Positions 42,246 to 52,204 of a stretch of DNA of 64,000 nt are shown here, one piece after another. Where the stretch lies: contig JANOSY010000056.1 in NCBI GenBank assembly GCA_031416075.1, forward strand, positions 9,872 to 73,871, in the 5' to 3' direction. Positions within the stretch are counted from its first letter, which is position 1, and the number at the start of each line of letters is the position of its first letter. Under the pieces are notes generated by a model. It was not told the origin of the DNA. It searched no databases and saw nothing but the letters and a program-made list of their open reading frames with translations. This DNA comes from Candidatus Tenderia sp. (GTDB lineage: Bacteria > Pseudomonadota > Gammaproteobacteria > Tenderiales > Tenderiaceae). The translations under genes were made by a program, and so were the position numbers.

Positions 42246-43730
42246 TTAGCTCGCCGAGGTCAGTTCAGTGCTGAGTTCAAGTTCAGATATCATCTGGTCA
42301 AGTTGGTAATGGGGACGCAGCCTGATAATGGATATGTATTGTCCCGGTTTTTCAGGGTGTTCTTTCACCTCAACGGCGGCTTCTCGGAGCGGGTATCGTG
42401 CCTGCTCCTCCCAGGCTAAATCTTCCCTGGCTGTTGTATAACGAAACAGCCAGTTGCGTAAATAGTCCTCACACTCGCTGGCAGTGATAAATGAGCCGAT
42501 CTTATCCCTGATAATAACCTTAACGTAGTGTGCGATCCTGGAGCCACATAGCACATGTTGTAACATGGCCGATAATTTTGCATTGGTGCCGGATTGATAT
42601 TGTGGTTTGTGCAAGGATTGATTGTTATAAAAAGAGGCAAAAGAGGTGTTATAACATTGGCACAGCGGAATAAAACCAAATTCACTAAGCCCCCGTTCAA
42701 CGGAGTCAGTAATAATAATATCAGTGACTGGTTTAATAGCGATTCCGTCGGCATCGATCTCAAAAGAGTCGATAGGCAAGGTGTTTAGCAGTCCGCCTGA
42801 GAGTTGATCACGAGAGGCACCTCTGATATGCCCAAACCAGCCAATATTGGCAAACTCCCTAATTAATACAGCACCAAAGCCGTAACAGGCATTGCCCCAT
42901 AGGTACCCATCAGCAGTACTGGAGGTGTGCGTCTCATAAAAATAGAGTCCCTTGTAGCTGCCAGGTTTGGTGCGATAAGGGCGGCGTATCAAAATTCTGG
43001 GGAGTGTTAAACCAATAAATCGGGTGTCTGCATCATCACGCAGTGAGCGCCATTTTATATACTCGGATTGAGCAAAAATAGCATCGAGGTTCAAGGGTGA
43101 TCTGAGTTTGGAGAAATTATCCAAGCCAAAGAGCTCGCTGGAGGCTGAGGTGATAAAGGGTGCAAATGAGGCAGCGGCGATTTTTGCCACGCCATTTAAG
43201 GTGGCTACATCGTCATGTGGGTGTCTATCAGAGATTCTGTGGTTAAGTTCGTAGTCACCAATCAATACACCAAAGGGTTCTCCTCCGGGGGTATCGTACT
43301 CATCACTATATATTTTCCGAAAGAGCTGGCTCTGGTCAAACTCCAACGCTTTATCGATATCTTTAGTCACTTCAAGCCAGTTGATATCGAGTACTTTGAT
43401 TTTAATATTGGAAGCGCTATTTGCCTGGGTAATGAGATACCACAACCCGCGCCATGAGGCTTCCAGTTTCTGCAGTTGTGGATGGTGGATGATCCGATTT
43501 AGCTGTTCATTAATTAAATCATCAATAGAGGCAATGGTTTGATTGATTGCATAATCAATGTCACTGGCCGTTTTCAGTACGCAGTTTTTTTCAAACGTGG
43601 TCATCCAGTATACAAGCGCATGTATGTGGTCTTTTTCACTTAAAAAAGCGTCAATTCCGATAATATAGGCGGGCTGGGTATACAGCTCATCCATATTGAT
43701 ACTATATGCGTTGTTACCTGCTTGAGGCAT
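42246..43730 (-). CDS. tssC: T6SS sheath large subunit, second divergent copy (TssC2)
   Basis: QKLEASWRGL, FDQSQLF, GGEPFGVLIGDY and YPLREA. Confidence 0.92.
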   Translation of the reverse strand: MPQAGNNAYSINMDELYTQPAYIIGIDAFLSEKDHIHALVYWMTTFEKNCVLKTASDIDYAINQTIASIDDLINEQLNRIIHHPQLQKLEASWRGLWYLITQANSASNIKIKVLDINWLEVTKDIDKALEFDQSQLFRKIYSDEYDTPGGEPFGVLIGDYELNHRISDRHPHDDVATLNGVAKIAAASFAPFITSASSELFGLDNFSKLRSPLNLDAIFAQSEYIKWRSLRDDADTRFIGLTLPRILIRRPYRTKPGSYKGLYFYETHTSSTADGYLWGNACYGFGAVLIREFANIGWFGHIRGASRDQLSGGLLNTLPIDSFEIDADGIAIKPVTDIIITDSVERGLSEFGFIPLCQCYNTSFASFYNNQSLHKPQYQSGTNAKLSAMLQHVLCGSRIAHYVKVIIRDKIGSFITASECEDYLRNWLFRYTTAREDLAWEEQARYPLREAAVEVKEHPEKPGQYISIIRLRPHYQLDQMISELELSTELTSAS

Positions 43731-43769
43731 GGGGTATGGCCAATGTTGTAGGTGGATTGCTGCAAAGAA

Positions 43770-43791
43770 GTGCGGGGAGAACTCCCCGCAC
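43770..43791 (-). terminator. Perfect hairpin between tssC1 and tssC2 (partial terminator or mRNA stabiliser)
   Basis: GTGCGGGGAG-aa-CTCCCCGCAC, followed by TTCTTT on the minus strand. Confidence 0.65.
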
Positions 43792-43796
43792 GAACG

Positions 43797-45284
43797 TTAA
43801 CCCGCTTTGGGAATACTGGCCACCAGTCGGAGTGATGCGGTGAGCTCCTCCATCTGTAGCCAAGGGCGCATCCAGGCAATGGCGCTGTAGACACCCGGTT
43901 GGCCAGGGACTTCCTTTACTTCAATGTTGGCTTCAGCAAGGGGATACCGTGCCTTCATTTCGGCACTGGCCCCCGGCGTGGCGTTAACATATTTGGATAT
44001 CCACTGATTGAGCCACGCCTCTGCTTCGGAGGCCTCCATAAACGACCCTACCTTGTCACGCGCCATCACCTTGAGGTAATGGGCGATACGGGCAGTTGCC
44101 ATAATGTATGGCAATCGTGTTGAAATCTCGGCATTGGCAGTTGCGTCCGGATCATCAAAACGCTGAGGCTTTTGTGTTGTTTGTGAACCGAAAAATACCG
44201 CGTAGTCGGTGTTTTTGTAATGGCATAAGGGCAAGAATCCAAGCTTGCTGAGCTCAGCTTCGCGACGATCGGTAATGCCGATTTCGGTGGGGCATTTCTG
44301 ATCCATATCGCCATCATCACTGACGAAGGCATGGCTTGGCAGGCCTTCGACCTTTCCTCCGCCCTCGGCACCACGTATGCTGGTGCACCAGTTATAGCTG
44401 GCAAATGAGCGTGTTAATACGGTGCCCATTGCATAGGCGGCATTGGTCCAGCAGTATTCGCCATGTTCACTCTGTGTATGTCTGCCGGAAGTATCAATAG
44501 ACATTTCTTCAAAGTTGAATGCGTCAATGGGCTTGGTTGCTGAGCCGTAAGGCAATCTAGCTAAGACACGAGGCATTGTCAGTGTCACAAAACGAGAATC
44601 TGCGGTTTCACGGAAACTGCGCCATTTGATGTACTCTGCGGAATCAAATATTTTTTCCAGATCACGGGGTTTTGAGAGTTCAGTAAAACTATCAAAGCCA
44701 AACATGTTTGGAGAGGCAGCTGAAATGAAGGGGCAAAACCCTGCGGCTGCAATATTGGACATGTTTGAAAGCATATCGATATCTTCGGGGTGGGTTGAGA
44801 ATTCGTAATCACCGATGAGTGCAGCATACGGTTCACCGCCAGCGATCCCGAACTCGCTCTCATAGATCTTCTTGAAGGTTTGACTTTGGTCAAATTCAAC
44901 AGCTTTCTCAAGATCTTTGGCCAGCTCTTTTTTGCTGATGCTCATCATCCGTATCTTTAGTTGAGAGCTGGTTTCACTGTTCATCACCAGATGGTTTAAT
45001 CCGCGCCATGAACCTTCGAGTTTTTGGAATTTCTCATCATGCATTACGGTAGCCAACTGCTTGGACATCAGTTTGTCGATGGCTGCAATAGCGGAATTGA
45101 TGGTGATGGTCAAGTTTTTGTCCCACTTGACAGTCCCCTTCATCGCTTCCTGGGTGAGGTTCTTTAAGAGACTCTCCGTTTCATCTTTGGGGGTCTGTTT
45201 GGTGGCTGTTATCGCCTGTTCAAGAAAACTGACCTCAAGGCTGGCTGCCTCGGTGGCATCATTTTTTTGCTGTTCTGTGCTCAT
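43797..45284 (-). CDS. tssC: T6SS sheath large subunit TssC1
   Basis: [14 protein letters not shown]-like [26 protein letters not shown] and ARDKVGS. Confidence 0.97.
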   Translation of the reverse strand: MSTEQQKNDATEAASLEVSFLEQAITATKQTPKDETESLLKNLTQEAMKGTVKWDKNLTITINSAIAAIDKLMSKQLATVMHDEKFQKLEGSWRGLNHLVMNSETSSQLKIRMMSISKKELAKDLEKAVEFDQSQTFKKIYESEFGIAGGEPYAALIGDYEFSTHPEDIDMLSNMSNIAAAGFCPFISAASPNMFGFDSFTELSKPRDLEKIFDSAEYIKWRSFRETADSRFVTLTMPRVLARLPYGSATKPIDAFNFEEMSIDTSGRHTQSEHGEYCWTNAAYAMGTVLTRSFASYNWCTSIRGAEGGGKVEGLPSHAFVSDDGDMDQKCPTEIGITDRREAELSKLGFLPLCHYKNTDYAVFFGSQTTQKPQRFDDPDATANAEISTRLPYIMATARIAHYLKVMARDKVGSFMEASEAEAWLNQWISKYVNATPGASAEMKARYPLAEANIEVKEVPGQPGVYSAIAWMRPWLQMEELTASLRLVASIPKAG

Positions 45285-45812
45285 TTATTTATCTCCCCCT
45301 TTGTTGTCTTTGCTGTCGCTTACACCAAGCTCCTGGGTGAGTGAAGACATCGCTGCGGAGTTGCTGAGCACCTGTTCCAGTAAAGACTCCAGTTCGTCAG
45401 AACGATCAGCCTTGGTCAGCAGGTCTCGTAATTTATTGCGGGTATCAAGGAGTTTCTTCAGGGAGTCAATTTGCTCGATAACCCGATGTGGCTCGAAATC
45501 TTCCATAGTGTTAAATTTCAGGTTAACGGACATATCACTTCCGTCCCCCTGTAGAGTGTTTTCAACCTTCATTTTGAGCTCTGGTGATATTTTATTCATC
45601 ACCTCATTGAAATTATCACGATCAATTTGGGAGAACTTGCGCTCTTTCAGTGGCTTTTTGTTGTCGGTATTGTCGCCTGAGTAGTCGCCCATCACGCCCA
45701 TCACAAACGGCAGTTCTTTATCAGCAACGGCACCATTGGTCTCAAGATCATAGGTGATATGAACCCGTGGCTTGCGTACGCGCTTCAATTTATCGTGAAT
45801 ACTCTCAGACAT
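45285..45812 (-). CDS. tssB: T6SS sheath small subunit
   Basis: [21 protein letters not shown] and IDRDNF. Confidence 0.97.
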   Translation of the reverse strand: MSESIHDKLKRVRKPRVHITYDLETNGAVADKELPFVMGVMGDYSGDNTDNKKPLKERKFSQIDRDNFNEVMNKISPELKMKVENTLQGDGSDMSVNLKFNTMEDFEPHRVIEQIDSLKKLLDTRNKLRDLLTKADRSDELESLLEQVLSNSAAMSSLTQELGVSDSKDNKGGDK

Positions 45813-45947
45813 GATTTATCCTTTTATATATGTATTGTGGTGGTTTTAATATTTCCATAACAGGGCTCCACAACAGCAGGTTGTCATCTTATTACCAAAG
45901 GGCCCAAGCCGCATGCTCAATATTGTTGTTAATCTAACATAAATTGG

Positions 45948-47072
45948 TTATTGATCTTTGGGAGTCACTCCGGTAAGTGATTTATAAATATCACGGGATG
46001 AATCATCAGGGATCAGCTCGAGAATGAGTTCATTAAGGGGCATATTACCCCATTTGATCGCTCTTTCTATGGAATAGCATATGGGTGAATGAGGCTCTGT
46101 CTTCCGGAAAAAGTCGGCGATATTGTTCAGCTGCCTGAACGCGTCGTCTCTGGAGCGTATGGGGCCAAGGCGCTGTGTGGCTTCACTGCTGGCAGTGGTG
46201 CCCTGGTTGGAATCGTGGCCGGACTGTGCAGCAGGGATGGAGGGGGAGGCATCGGAAATACTGTCGGGTATCTTTGATTTTCCAAGGAATTTAACTGTCG
46301 CCAAGGCATCTTCAAGGGCGTTGATGATGTTACTTGTGGGTGGGCCTTCATGGGTGCCGCAACGGTTATCAAGTAACTCCCCTATCTTTCTATATTCTGC
46401 GATTGAGGTGTGGATATCACTGTGAAGATCGATGAAGAACTGGTCACTGGACTTTGATACAGCTGACTTTATATCGGCGATGCTAAAGCCTATTTGTTCG
46501 GTTTTTTTGTCGCGTAAATCGGCATCAGAAATTTTTTGTATATCCAGGGCCTGTTTGTACTGCCAGATGGTAAACGGGCCGGGATAATGAGATTCCGTGA
46601 TAACACTGTTGCGTATAGGGGGGATTAACACACCATCGGTCCCCTCGCCATTTAGGCCTGTGAGTGGAGATACGCGTGTTTCCAAGCCATCTTCATCAGG
46701 CATGGGGTAGAGGCTATCCCAGAAAGTTTCTATCAAGTGCCTGATAAGGGTGAAGCCGCTGTTCAGGCCTTTAAATCCCTGTTTACGAATTAATGCCTCC
46801 GTATACCAAGCGGCAATTTCAAGATCTTTTGCGTGATCACGCAGTATTACTGGTGCCAAGTCAAGTATCTTTTGCCAGTTTTCCATGGCCATATCACTTT
46901 TGCCATCAAATAGACTGTTGCGTTCGGCAGCACGAGCAGTGGCACGGGCATCCTTAATCTGGTTGTACGGTGATGAAATGGATTGATTTTGGCGAATATC
47001 GTGCCCGCTTGGAATCTCTCCGGGTATGGGAGAGAGTAGCTCGTTTAAATCAACAGTGCCTAGCGATGACAT
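45948..47072 (-). CDS. tssA: T6SS TssA (ImpA)
   Basis: ImpA-N motifs LLSPI, KDLEIAAW and FWDSLYP. C-terminal FRKTEPHSP. Confidence 0.93.
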   Translation of the reverse strand: MSSLGTVDLNELLSPIPGEIPSGHDIRQNQSISSPYNQIKDARATARAAERNSLFDGKSDMAMENWQKILDLAPVILRDHAKDLEIAAWYTEALIRKQGFKGLNSGFTLIRHLIETFWDSLYPMPDEDGLETRVSPLTGLNGEGTDGVLIPPIRNSVITESHYPGPFTIWQYKQALDIQKISDADLRDKKTEQIGFSIADIKSAVSKSSDQFFIDLHSDIHTSIAEYRKIGELLDNRCGTHEGPPTSNIINALEDALATVKFLGKSKIPDSISDASPSIPAAQSGHDSNQGTTASSEATQRLGPIRSRDDAFRQLNNIADFFRKTEPHSPICYSIERAIKWGNMPLNELILELIPDDSSRDIYKSLTGVTPKDQ

Positions 47073-47711
47073 CTTTATCCCTTCAACCTTGTACTTACTT
47101 TGAGAAAATAGCTATCTGTAGCCAAGTGCATTTCTCGTAATATATCTATGTTAATCAAATTGTTATTGTTTTTCTGCCGTAAAAATGACATCTGCGTGTC
47201 TGTGTGGGGCAGGAAACTACCACTTCAAATGCCCGAGCCTATGGTTATTTTAGGGTTTTCTTATAGACACAAGAGAAAGATTAAATGCCTGAAACTTATA
47301 ATATATTATTTATACCGTGTAAAGCGCTGTTGGCAAAATAGACAGCTGTCGTCTTTATGAGTGTAAGTAGCAGTGTGTCCAGCTACCCGACGGGGTTATG
47401 GTGATTGGGTAGTTATGAGCGCTTTGCTGTTAGTATTGTGATTCGTTATTGTATTGAGGCGTGGCTTGATGGTTTGTTCAGGCGAAAAACATCATTAGTT
47501 GGGTAGTGCTTGGTGTAATATGTCGACACGGTTTACGTAGACGCTAAACCAACGTGAGGGGGAGCTTAATGCAGGTGGAGTTGATGATGGTTAACTGGTG
47601 GTTTGCCATATCGCTTTAATGTGAATGTTCATGGCCAGAATGGTGCGTGGCAAGTCATCCATAGCTGCATTAAGTATTGGTAGGCAGTGATTTAATTTGA
47701 ATGTTTGGTTT

Positions 47712-49199
47712 ATGTCAGTTATTACAGTTTCAATGGCCAAGGCCCCTAGTAATGCCACAAATGCCCGGACAAACATGACGTTTTCGGCTCGGGGTGGCAC
47801 GATCGGTCGCAGTTCGGATAATGCTTGGGTGCTGGATGACCCCGATCGCTTTATTTCTGGGCGGCATGTTCAGATTGACTGTTTGAGCAACAGATTTTAC
47901 CTGACCGATCTAAGTACAAACGGCACGTTCCTTAATGGTGCCGCTGAGCCCGTTGGCCGGGGGTGTAAAACCGTTTTGTCCGATGGAGACGTATTTACAC
48001 TCGGTGATTACGAGTTTGCTGTCTCAGTGTCGGCTAATGCTGTTGTCAGTGAGCCTTTTCATGAGGAGCCTGCCAAGCATCAGGTTTCAGGGCCTTTTTC
48101 TGGTCTGGATATAGAGCCTCAGCGGAATATTGACCCATTGGCATTCATTCCTGATCAGGCCGATCCGTTGTGGGCGCGTGAAGCTTTAGAACGCCCCCTA
48201 CGGCCTGTTGTCCCTGAGATGCCGGGTAGTGTTACCGAACAGAGGGATCCCCTGGCACTGCTGGGTGGCGGTGAGTCTGAGCTATTTGCTGACCCACCCG
48301 AGTGGGACGGTGTTGTTAGCTATTCAGATGGTGCGGGTGCGGTAAATCAGGCTTATTCATTCCCCAGCGCAATCCCGGAAGATTGGGATGATGATTTTTC
48401 AGATGCGGTTATATCTAACTCACAGCCACCCGTGTCGCCACCAGTGCGCAAACCTGACACGCCAGATGTTGATTTTGGGCGTGTTCGTCAGCTGGAACAG
48501 AAGATTAAAGCGTTAGAAAAGGCCAACGGCGCGCTTGAGTTGCGTTTGCGAGCGCTGCAGGAACAGGAGGTATCTGCCCCACTTAAGGTTGACCTAACGG
48601 CGGGGCATGTCAGTTTGATTCGTGCGCTGGGTCTTGATAAACGGGGCCTAAGTGATGAAAAAGTGGCGATGATCAATCAGGTGGCAGGGGATTTTATTCG
48701 CGTAACCATTGCCGGCATGATGCAGGCTGTTAGTTACAAAAATAGTATAAAAAATGAATTTCGTATGAATGTCACTACTATTCAGCCAGTTGAGAACAAT
48801 CCGCTTAACTTTTCTGCAAACATTGAAGATGCCATAGAGAATATGTTTGTAAAAGAGGGAAATGCTTATAAAAAGCCAGTTGATGCTATTCGTGAAGGCT
48901 TTCAAAGCATTGGTGACCATCAGGTTGCCGTATTGGCGGGTATACGGGCCGGTTTTAATCGGGGGCTTGAGCGGTTTGATCCTGAGGTGCTGGAGATGAG
49001 ATTTAACAAGTACCTTAAATCAGGACTGATCCAAGTGAGTAAAAAAGCCAGGCACTGGGATTCGTACAGGGACTATTACAATGAGCTGGTGAATGATATG
49101 GACGCATCATTTAAAGATCTGTTTGGGGATGATTTTGTAAATGCATACGAAGATCAGCTGCAAAAGTTGTCGTTAAATCGTAGCAAGGGCTCAAAGTGA
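47712..49199 (+). CDS. tagH: T6SS FHA-domain protein (Fha/TagH)
   Basis: FHA motifs IGR, ISGRH and STNGTFLN. C-terminal TTIQPVENNPL, HQVA and LFGDDFVNAYE. Confidence 0.92.
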   Translation: MSVITVSMAKAPSNATNARTNMTFSARGGTIGRSSDNAWVLDDPDRFISGRHVQIDCLSNRFYLTDLSTNGTFLNGAAEPVGRGCKTVLSDGDVFTLGDYEFAVSVSANAVVSEPFHEEPAKHQVSGPFSGLDIEPQRNIDPLAFIPDQADPLWAREALERPLRPVVPEMPGSVTEQRDPLALLGGGESELFADPPEWDGVVSYSDGAGAVNQAYSFPSAIPEDWDDDFSDAVISNSQPPVSPPVRKPDTPDVDFGRVRQLEQKIKALEKANGALELRLRALQEQEVSAPLKVDLTAGHVSLIRALGLDKRGLSDEKVAMINQVAGDFIRVTIAGMMQAVSYKNSIKNEFRMNVTTIQPVENNPLNFSANIEDAIENMFVKEGNAYKKPVDAIREGFQSIGDHQVAVLAGIRAGFNRGLERFDPEVLEMRFNKYLKSGLIQVSKKARHWDSYRDYYNELVNDMDASFKDLFGDDFVNAYEDQLQKLSLNRSKGSK

Positions 49200-49243
49200 G
49201 CGGCCGGGGCGTAACGAGTGCAATCTAGTTGGGATGCAGATAT

Positions 49244-49744
49244 ATGGTTCATGCTCTAAGGCTGGTACTTAGTGTGGTAGTTGTTTTGTCGGTTGCAGCG
49301 TGTACGGCCACTAAGGAGAAGATTGCTCCGGTGCTTCCAGCTGATACTGAGTTAACGCTGGAAGTGAAAGTAAATGGGGATATTAACCCTGACGACAACA
49401 ACGTTCCATCGCCTCTGTTTGTTCGTATGTATGAATTAAAATCGGACAAAGCATTTTTGAAAACAGGGTTTTTGGATATATACGAAAAAGATAAACAATT
49501 GTTTGGTGGGGAGTTACTTGTCAAACATGAGCTTAAACATCTTGTGCCTGGCCAGGGTGTTACCAGTAAATATACGTTGACTAAAGAGACTCAATACATC
49601 GGCGTCTATGCAGAGTTCGTTCAGTACAAAGATGCAGAATATAAGCTGGCTGTGCCGGTTGTGAAAAAAATTGATGGAAGCATGCGCTTGGTCGTCTCAG
49701 TATCCGGCAACAGCATCAGAATAGATCAGTCGGTTAATGAATAG
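49244..49744 (+). CDS. tssJ: T6SS outer-membrane lipoprotein
   Basis: Lipobox VAAC, INPDDNNVPSPLFVRMYELK and LVPGQ. Confidence 0.9.
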   Translation: MVHALRLVLSVVVVLSVAACTATKEKIAPVLPADTELTLEVKVNGDINPDDNNVPSPLFVRMYELKSDKAFLKTGFLDIYEKDKQLFGGELLVKHELKHLVPGQGVTSKYTLTKETQYIGVYAEFVQYKDAEYKLAVPVVKKIDGSMRLVVSVSGNSIRIDQSVNE

Positions 49745-49880
49745 GCCATTGTGTTTAATGGGAACTGAAAAAATTATCAGGTAAGAAGAGCTGAGGTATG
49801 TGTTACTGGATTTATGGTAGATCATTTGTACCAGAAAAATATTTCAGACATATCGATGTGTAAAATATAGGCGCATTTAA

Positions 49881-51215
49881 ATGTCACTAGATAGCAAGGT
49901 TGTTTGGTCTGAGGGGATGTTCTTAAATCCCCAGCACTTTCAGCAACAAGAGCGTTATTTTCAACGTTACGTTGATGGTAGATGTTCTGCTTTAGGTAGT
50001 TATGACTGGGGGTTGCATGAATTTGAGGTGGATGGGCAGCTGCTTAAACTTGGAAAAATTTCCATTGTTAAAGCGGCAGGTGTCTTTCCGGACGGCACCC
50101 CATTTTCGTTCCCCGAGCAAGATGCCCCACCAGCAGTTTTGGAAATAGCTAGTGGCACCCATAATACAGTTGTCTGTATTGGTATAACGGTAAACCGTCC
50201 GGGTGTGGTTGAAGTGTCCAGTGATGATGGTGCAAGAGGGGTATCCCGCTACTATTCATTGGAACAGAGTACTCGTGACGTCACCCAGATAGGGGGCGAG
50301 AGCATACCGATAAATGTGGGCATGCTTAGGATTAAGCTGCTGCTTGAGTCGGATGATTTGAGTGGTTACGCCTGTATAGGTGTATTGCGGATCGCTGAGT
50401 CCCGAGAGGATAAAAACATCTTGTTGGATAACAGTTTTATCCCTACCTTTCTTGATTGTAATTCAACCCCAAAGCTGTCTGCCATCATATCGGAATTGCT
50501 TGGGTTGTTGCACCACAGGGGCGAATCGATAGCAGGTAGATTGGCAGATGTCAGATCTGGAGGGACGGCTGAAGTTTCTGATTACATTATGTTGCAGTTG
50601 ATTAACCGGCATGAGCTGCTTATGACGCATCTGGCAAAAATTAAAGGCCTGCACCCCCTGACCCTGTTCTTTTATTTGTTGCAAGTATTGGGTGATCTTA
50701 GCGTCTTTTTTAGCCAAACCAAGCGTCCTCCAACACTGACGCCATATCTGCACGATGATTTGCGTGCCACGTTTACACCACTGGTTGTGGCGTTGCGTCA
50801 AGGATTGAGCGCGGTATACGAGCAGACTGCTGTTGCGTTGAATCTGGTTGAAAAGAAGTATGGCATTAAGGTCGCACAAATTCCTGATGTTACTTTATTA
50901 AGCAGCTCCATGTTTGTACTGGCGGCACGTGCCAATATCGCGGATGATGTTTTACGTGCCCGTCTGCCTGCTCAGGTTAAGGTTGGCCCCGTAGAACGTA
51001 TACGCCAGTTGGTTAACGCCGCGATTCCTGGAATACCGATGAAGGCGTTACCTGTGGTACCACGACAAATCCCCTTTCATGCCGGGTATACCTATTTTGA
51101 ACTGGATAAGAGTAACCCGTTGTGGAAAGAGCTTCAGCACTCCGGCGGCATTGCACTGCATGTAGGCGGAGAGTTTCCTGGGCTTGAGTTTCAATTCTGG
51201 GCGATTAGGCAATAA
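49881..51215 (+). CDS. tssK: T6SS baseplate TssK
   Basis: VVWSEGMFLNPQHFQQ, PRQIPFHAG and FWAIR. Confidence 0.96.
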   Translation: MSLDSKVVWSEGMFLNPQHFQQQERYFQRYVDGRCSALGSYDWGLHEFEVDGQLLKLGKISIVKAAGVFPDGTPFSFPEQDAPPAVLEIASGTHNTVVCIGITVNRPGVVEVSSDDGARGVSRYYSLEQSTRDVTQIGGESIPINVGMLRIKLLLESDDLSGYACIGVLRIAESREDKNILLDNSFIPTFLDCNSTPKLSAIISELLGLLHHRGESIAGRLADVRSGGTAEVSDYIMLQLINRHELLMTHLAKIKGLHPLTLFFYLLQVLGDLSVFFSQTKRPPTLTPYLHDDLRATFTPLVVALRQGLSAVYEQTAVALNLVEKKYGIKVAQIPDVTLLSSSMFVLAARANIADDVLRARLPAQVKVGPVERIRQLVNAAIPGIPMKALPVVPRQIPFHAGYTYFELDKSNPLWKELQHSGGIALHVGGEFPGLEFQFWAIRQ

Positions 51216-51276
51216 TGTTGATAAAAAGTATAGGCCAGGGTTTTGGACAGAGAACCATTCGTAAAGGGAGGCGCTG

Positions 51277-52158
51277 ATGTCTTCTGACGAGTCAGATAAA
51301 ACAGTTTTCTGGCAACCCAAGAGTGGTGATAGCACGGTTGTTAGACCGACACCTGGCGGAGGACGTAGAGGAGCGGCTCAGCCCAGTGCCCCAGAAACAA
51401 GGATGGATAAACCAGCAGTATTGGATCATGGTTCTCTGCCCGTATACAGTCAGCCGGAATATAGTTTGAATCCATTGATTGCCGCGGCGTCTGCACTGCT
51501 GGTTGTATTTGAGAAAACACGTGTCTCTCTCAGTCACCCCAATGTTGATGGTCTGTATCAGCGTTTAGTTGCTGAGATCAAAGCTTTCGAAGCGCAGGTC
51601 AGAGAGCGTGGCATTAAATCTGAAATTGCACTGACAGCACGTTACATACTCTGCACTGCACTTGATGAGGCCGTCCTGAATACGCCATGGGGTGGCGAGA
51701 GCAAGTGGCCACAACAAACGTTGTTGAGTACATTTCATGGCGAGACAGCGGGTGGTGAAAAGTTCTTTCTTATACTGGAGCGGTTGCGTGGCGCCCCTAG
51801 GGAGAACCTCCATATTTTGGAGCTGATCTACCTGTGCCTCAGTCTGGGGTTTGAAGGCAAATATAAACTGACCCACAGTGGCCGGAATACATTGGAAAAA
51901 ATCAGAGACGATCTGTTTGCCATGATACGGGCATCCCGCGGTGAGTATGAGCGCTCTTTGTCGCCCAACTGGCGTGGAATGGGGCGTGTTAAAAATACAT
52001 TGGCCAGCCATATTCCACCTTGGGTCGCGGTTGTATCAATATTGGTACTGTTGCTGCTGATCTACTCTGGCTTTAAATACGCCCTACACTACTCATCTGC
52101 TGCTGAAGTGCAAAAGCTGATGGATATTTCTGATGCTGGCAATGGTATTGAGCTTTAA
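51277..52158 (+). CDS. tssL: T6SS membrane protein TssL/DotU (no OmpA domain)
   Basis: ARYILCTALDE, GGEKFF, CLSLGFEGKY and a C-terminal TM. Confidence 0.94.
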   Translation: MSSDESDKTVFWQPKSGDSTVVRPTPGGGRRGAAQPSAPETRMDKPAVLDHGSLPVYSQPEYSLNPLIAAASALLVVFEKTRVSLSHPNVDGLYQRLVAEIKAFEAQVRERGIKSEIALTARYILCTALDEAVLNTPWGGESKWPQQTLLSTFHGETAGGEKFFLILERLRGAPRENLHILELIYLCLSLGFEGKYKLTHSGRNTLEKIRDDLFAMIRASRGEYERSLSPNWRGMGRVKNTLASHIPPWVAVVSILVLLLLIYSGFKYALHYSSAAEVQKLMDISDAGNGIEL

Positions 52159-52204
52159 CGATGGCTCCCATGGCTGGCACACATGATCTTTGTTGGATAA
52201 TCAG

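Noticed and set aside
45813-45947. hcp remnant between tssA and tssB
   Set aside because: No Hcp-like peptide was recognisable in the 135-bp gap.
47073-47711. Small ORFs and sigma54 promoters in the divergent T6SS spacer
   Set aside because: The ORFs lack motifs, and the GG/GC pairs examined were spaced N9 or N11 rather than N10. The region is probably regulatory, but I could not support a specific site.
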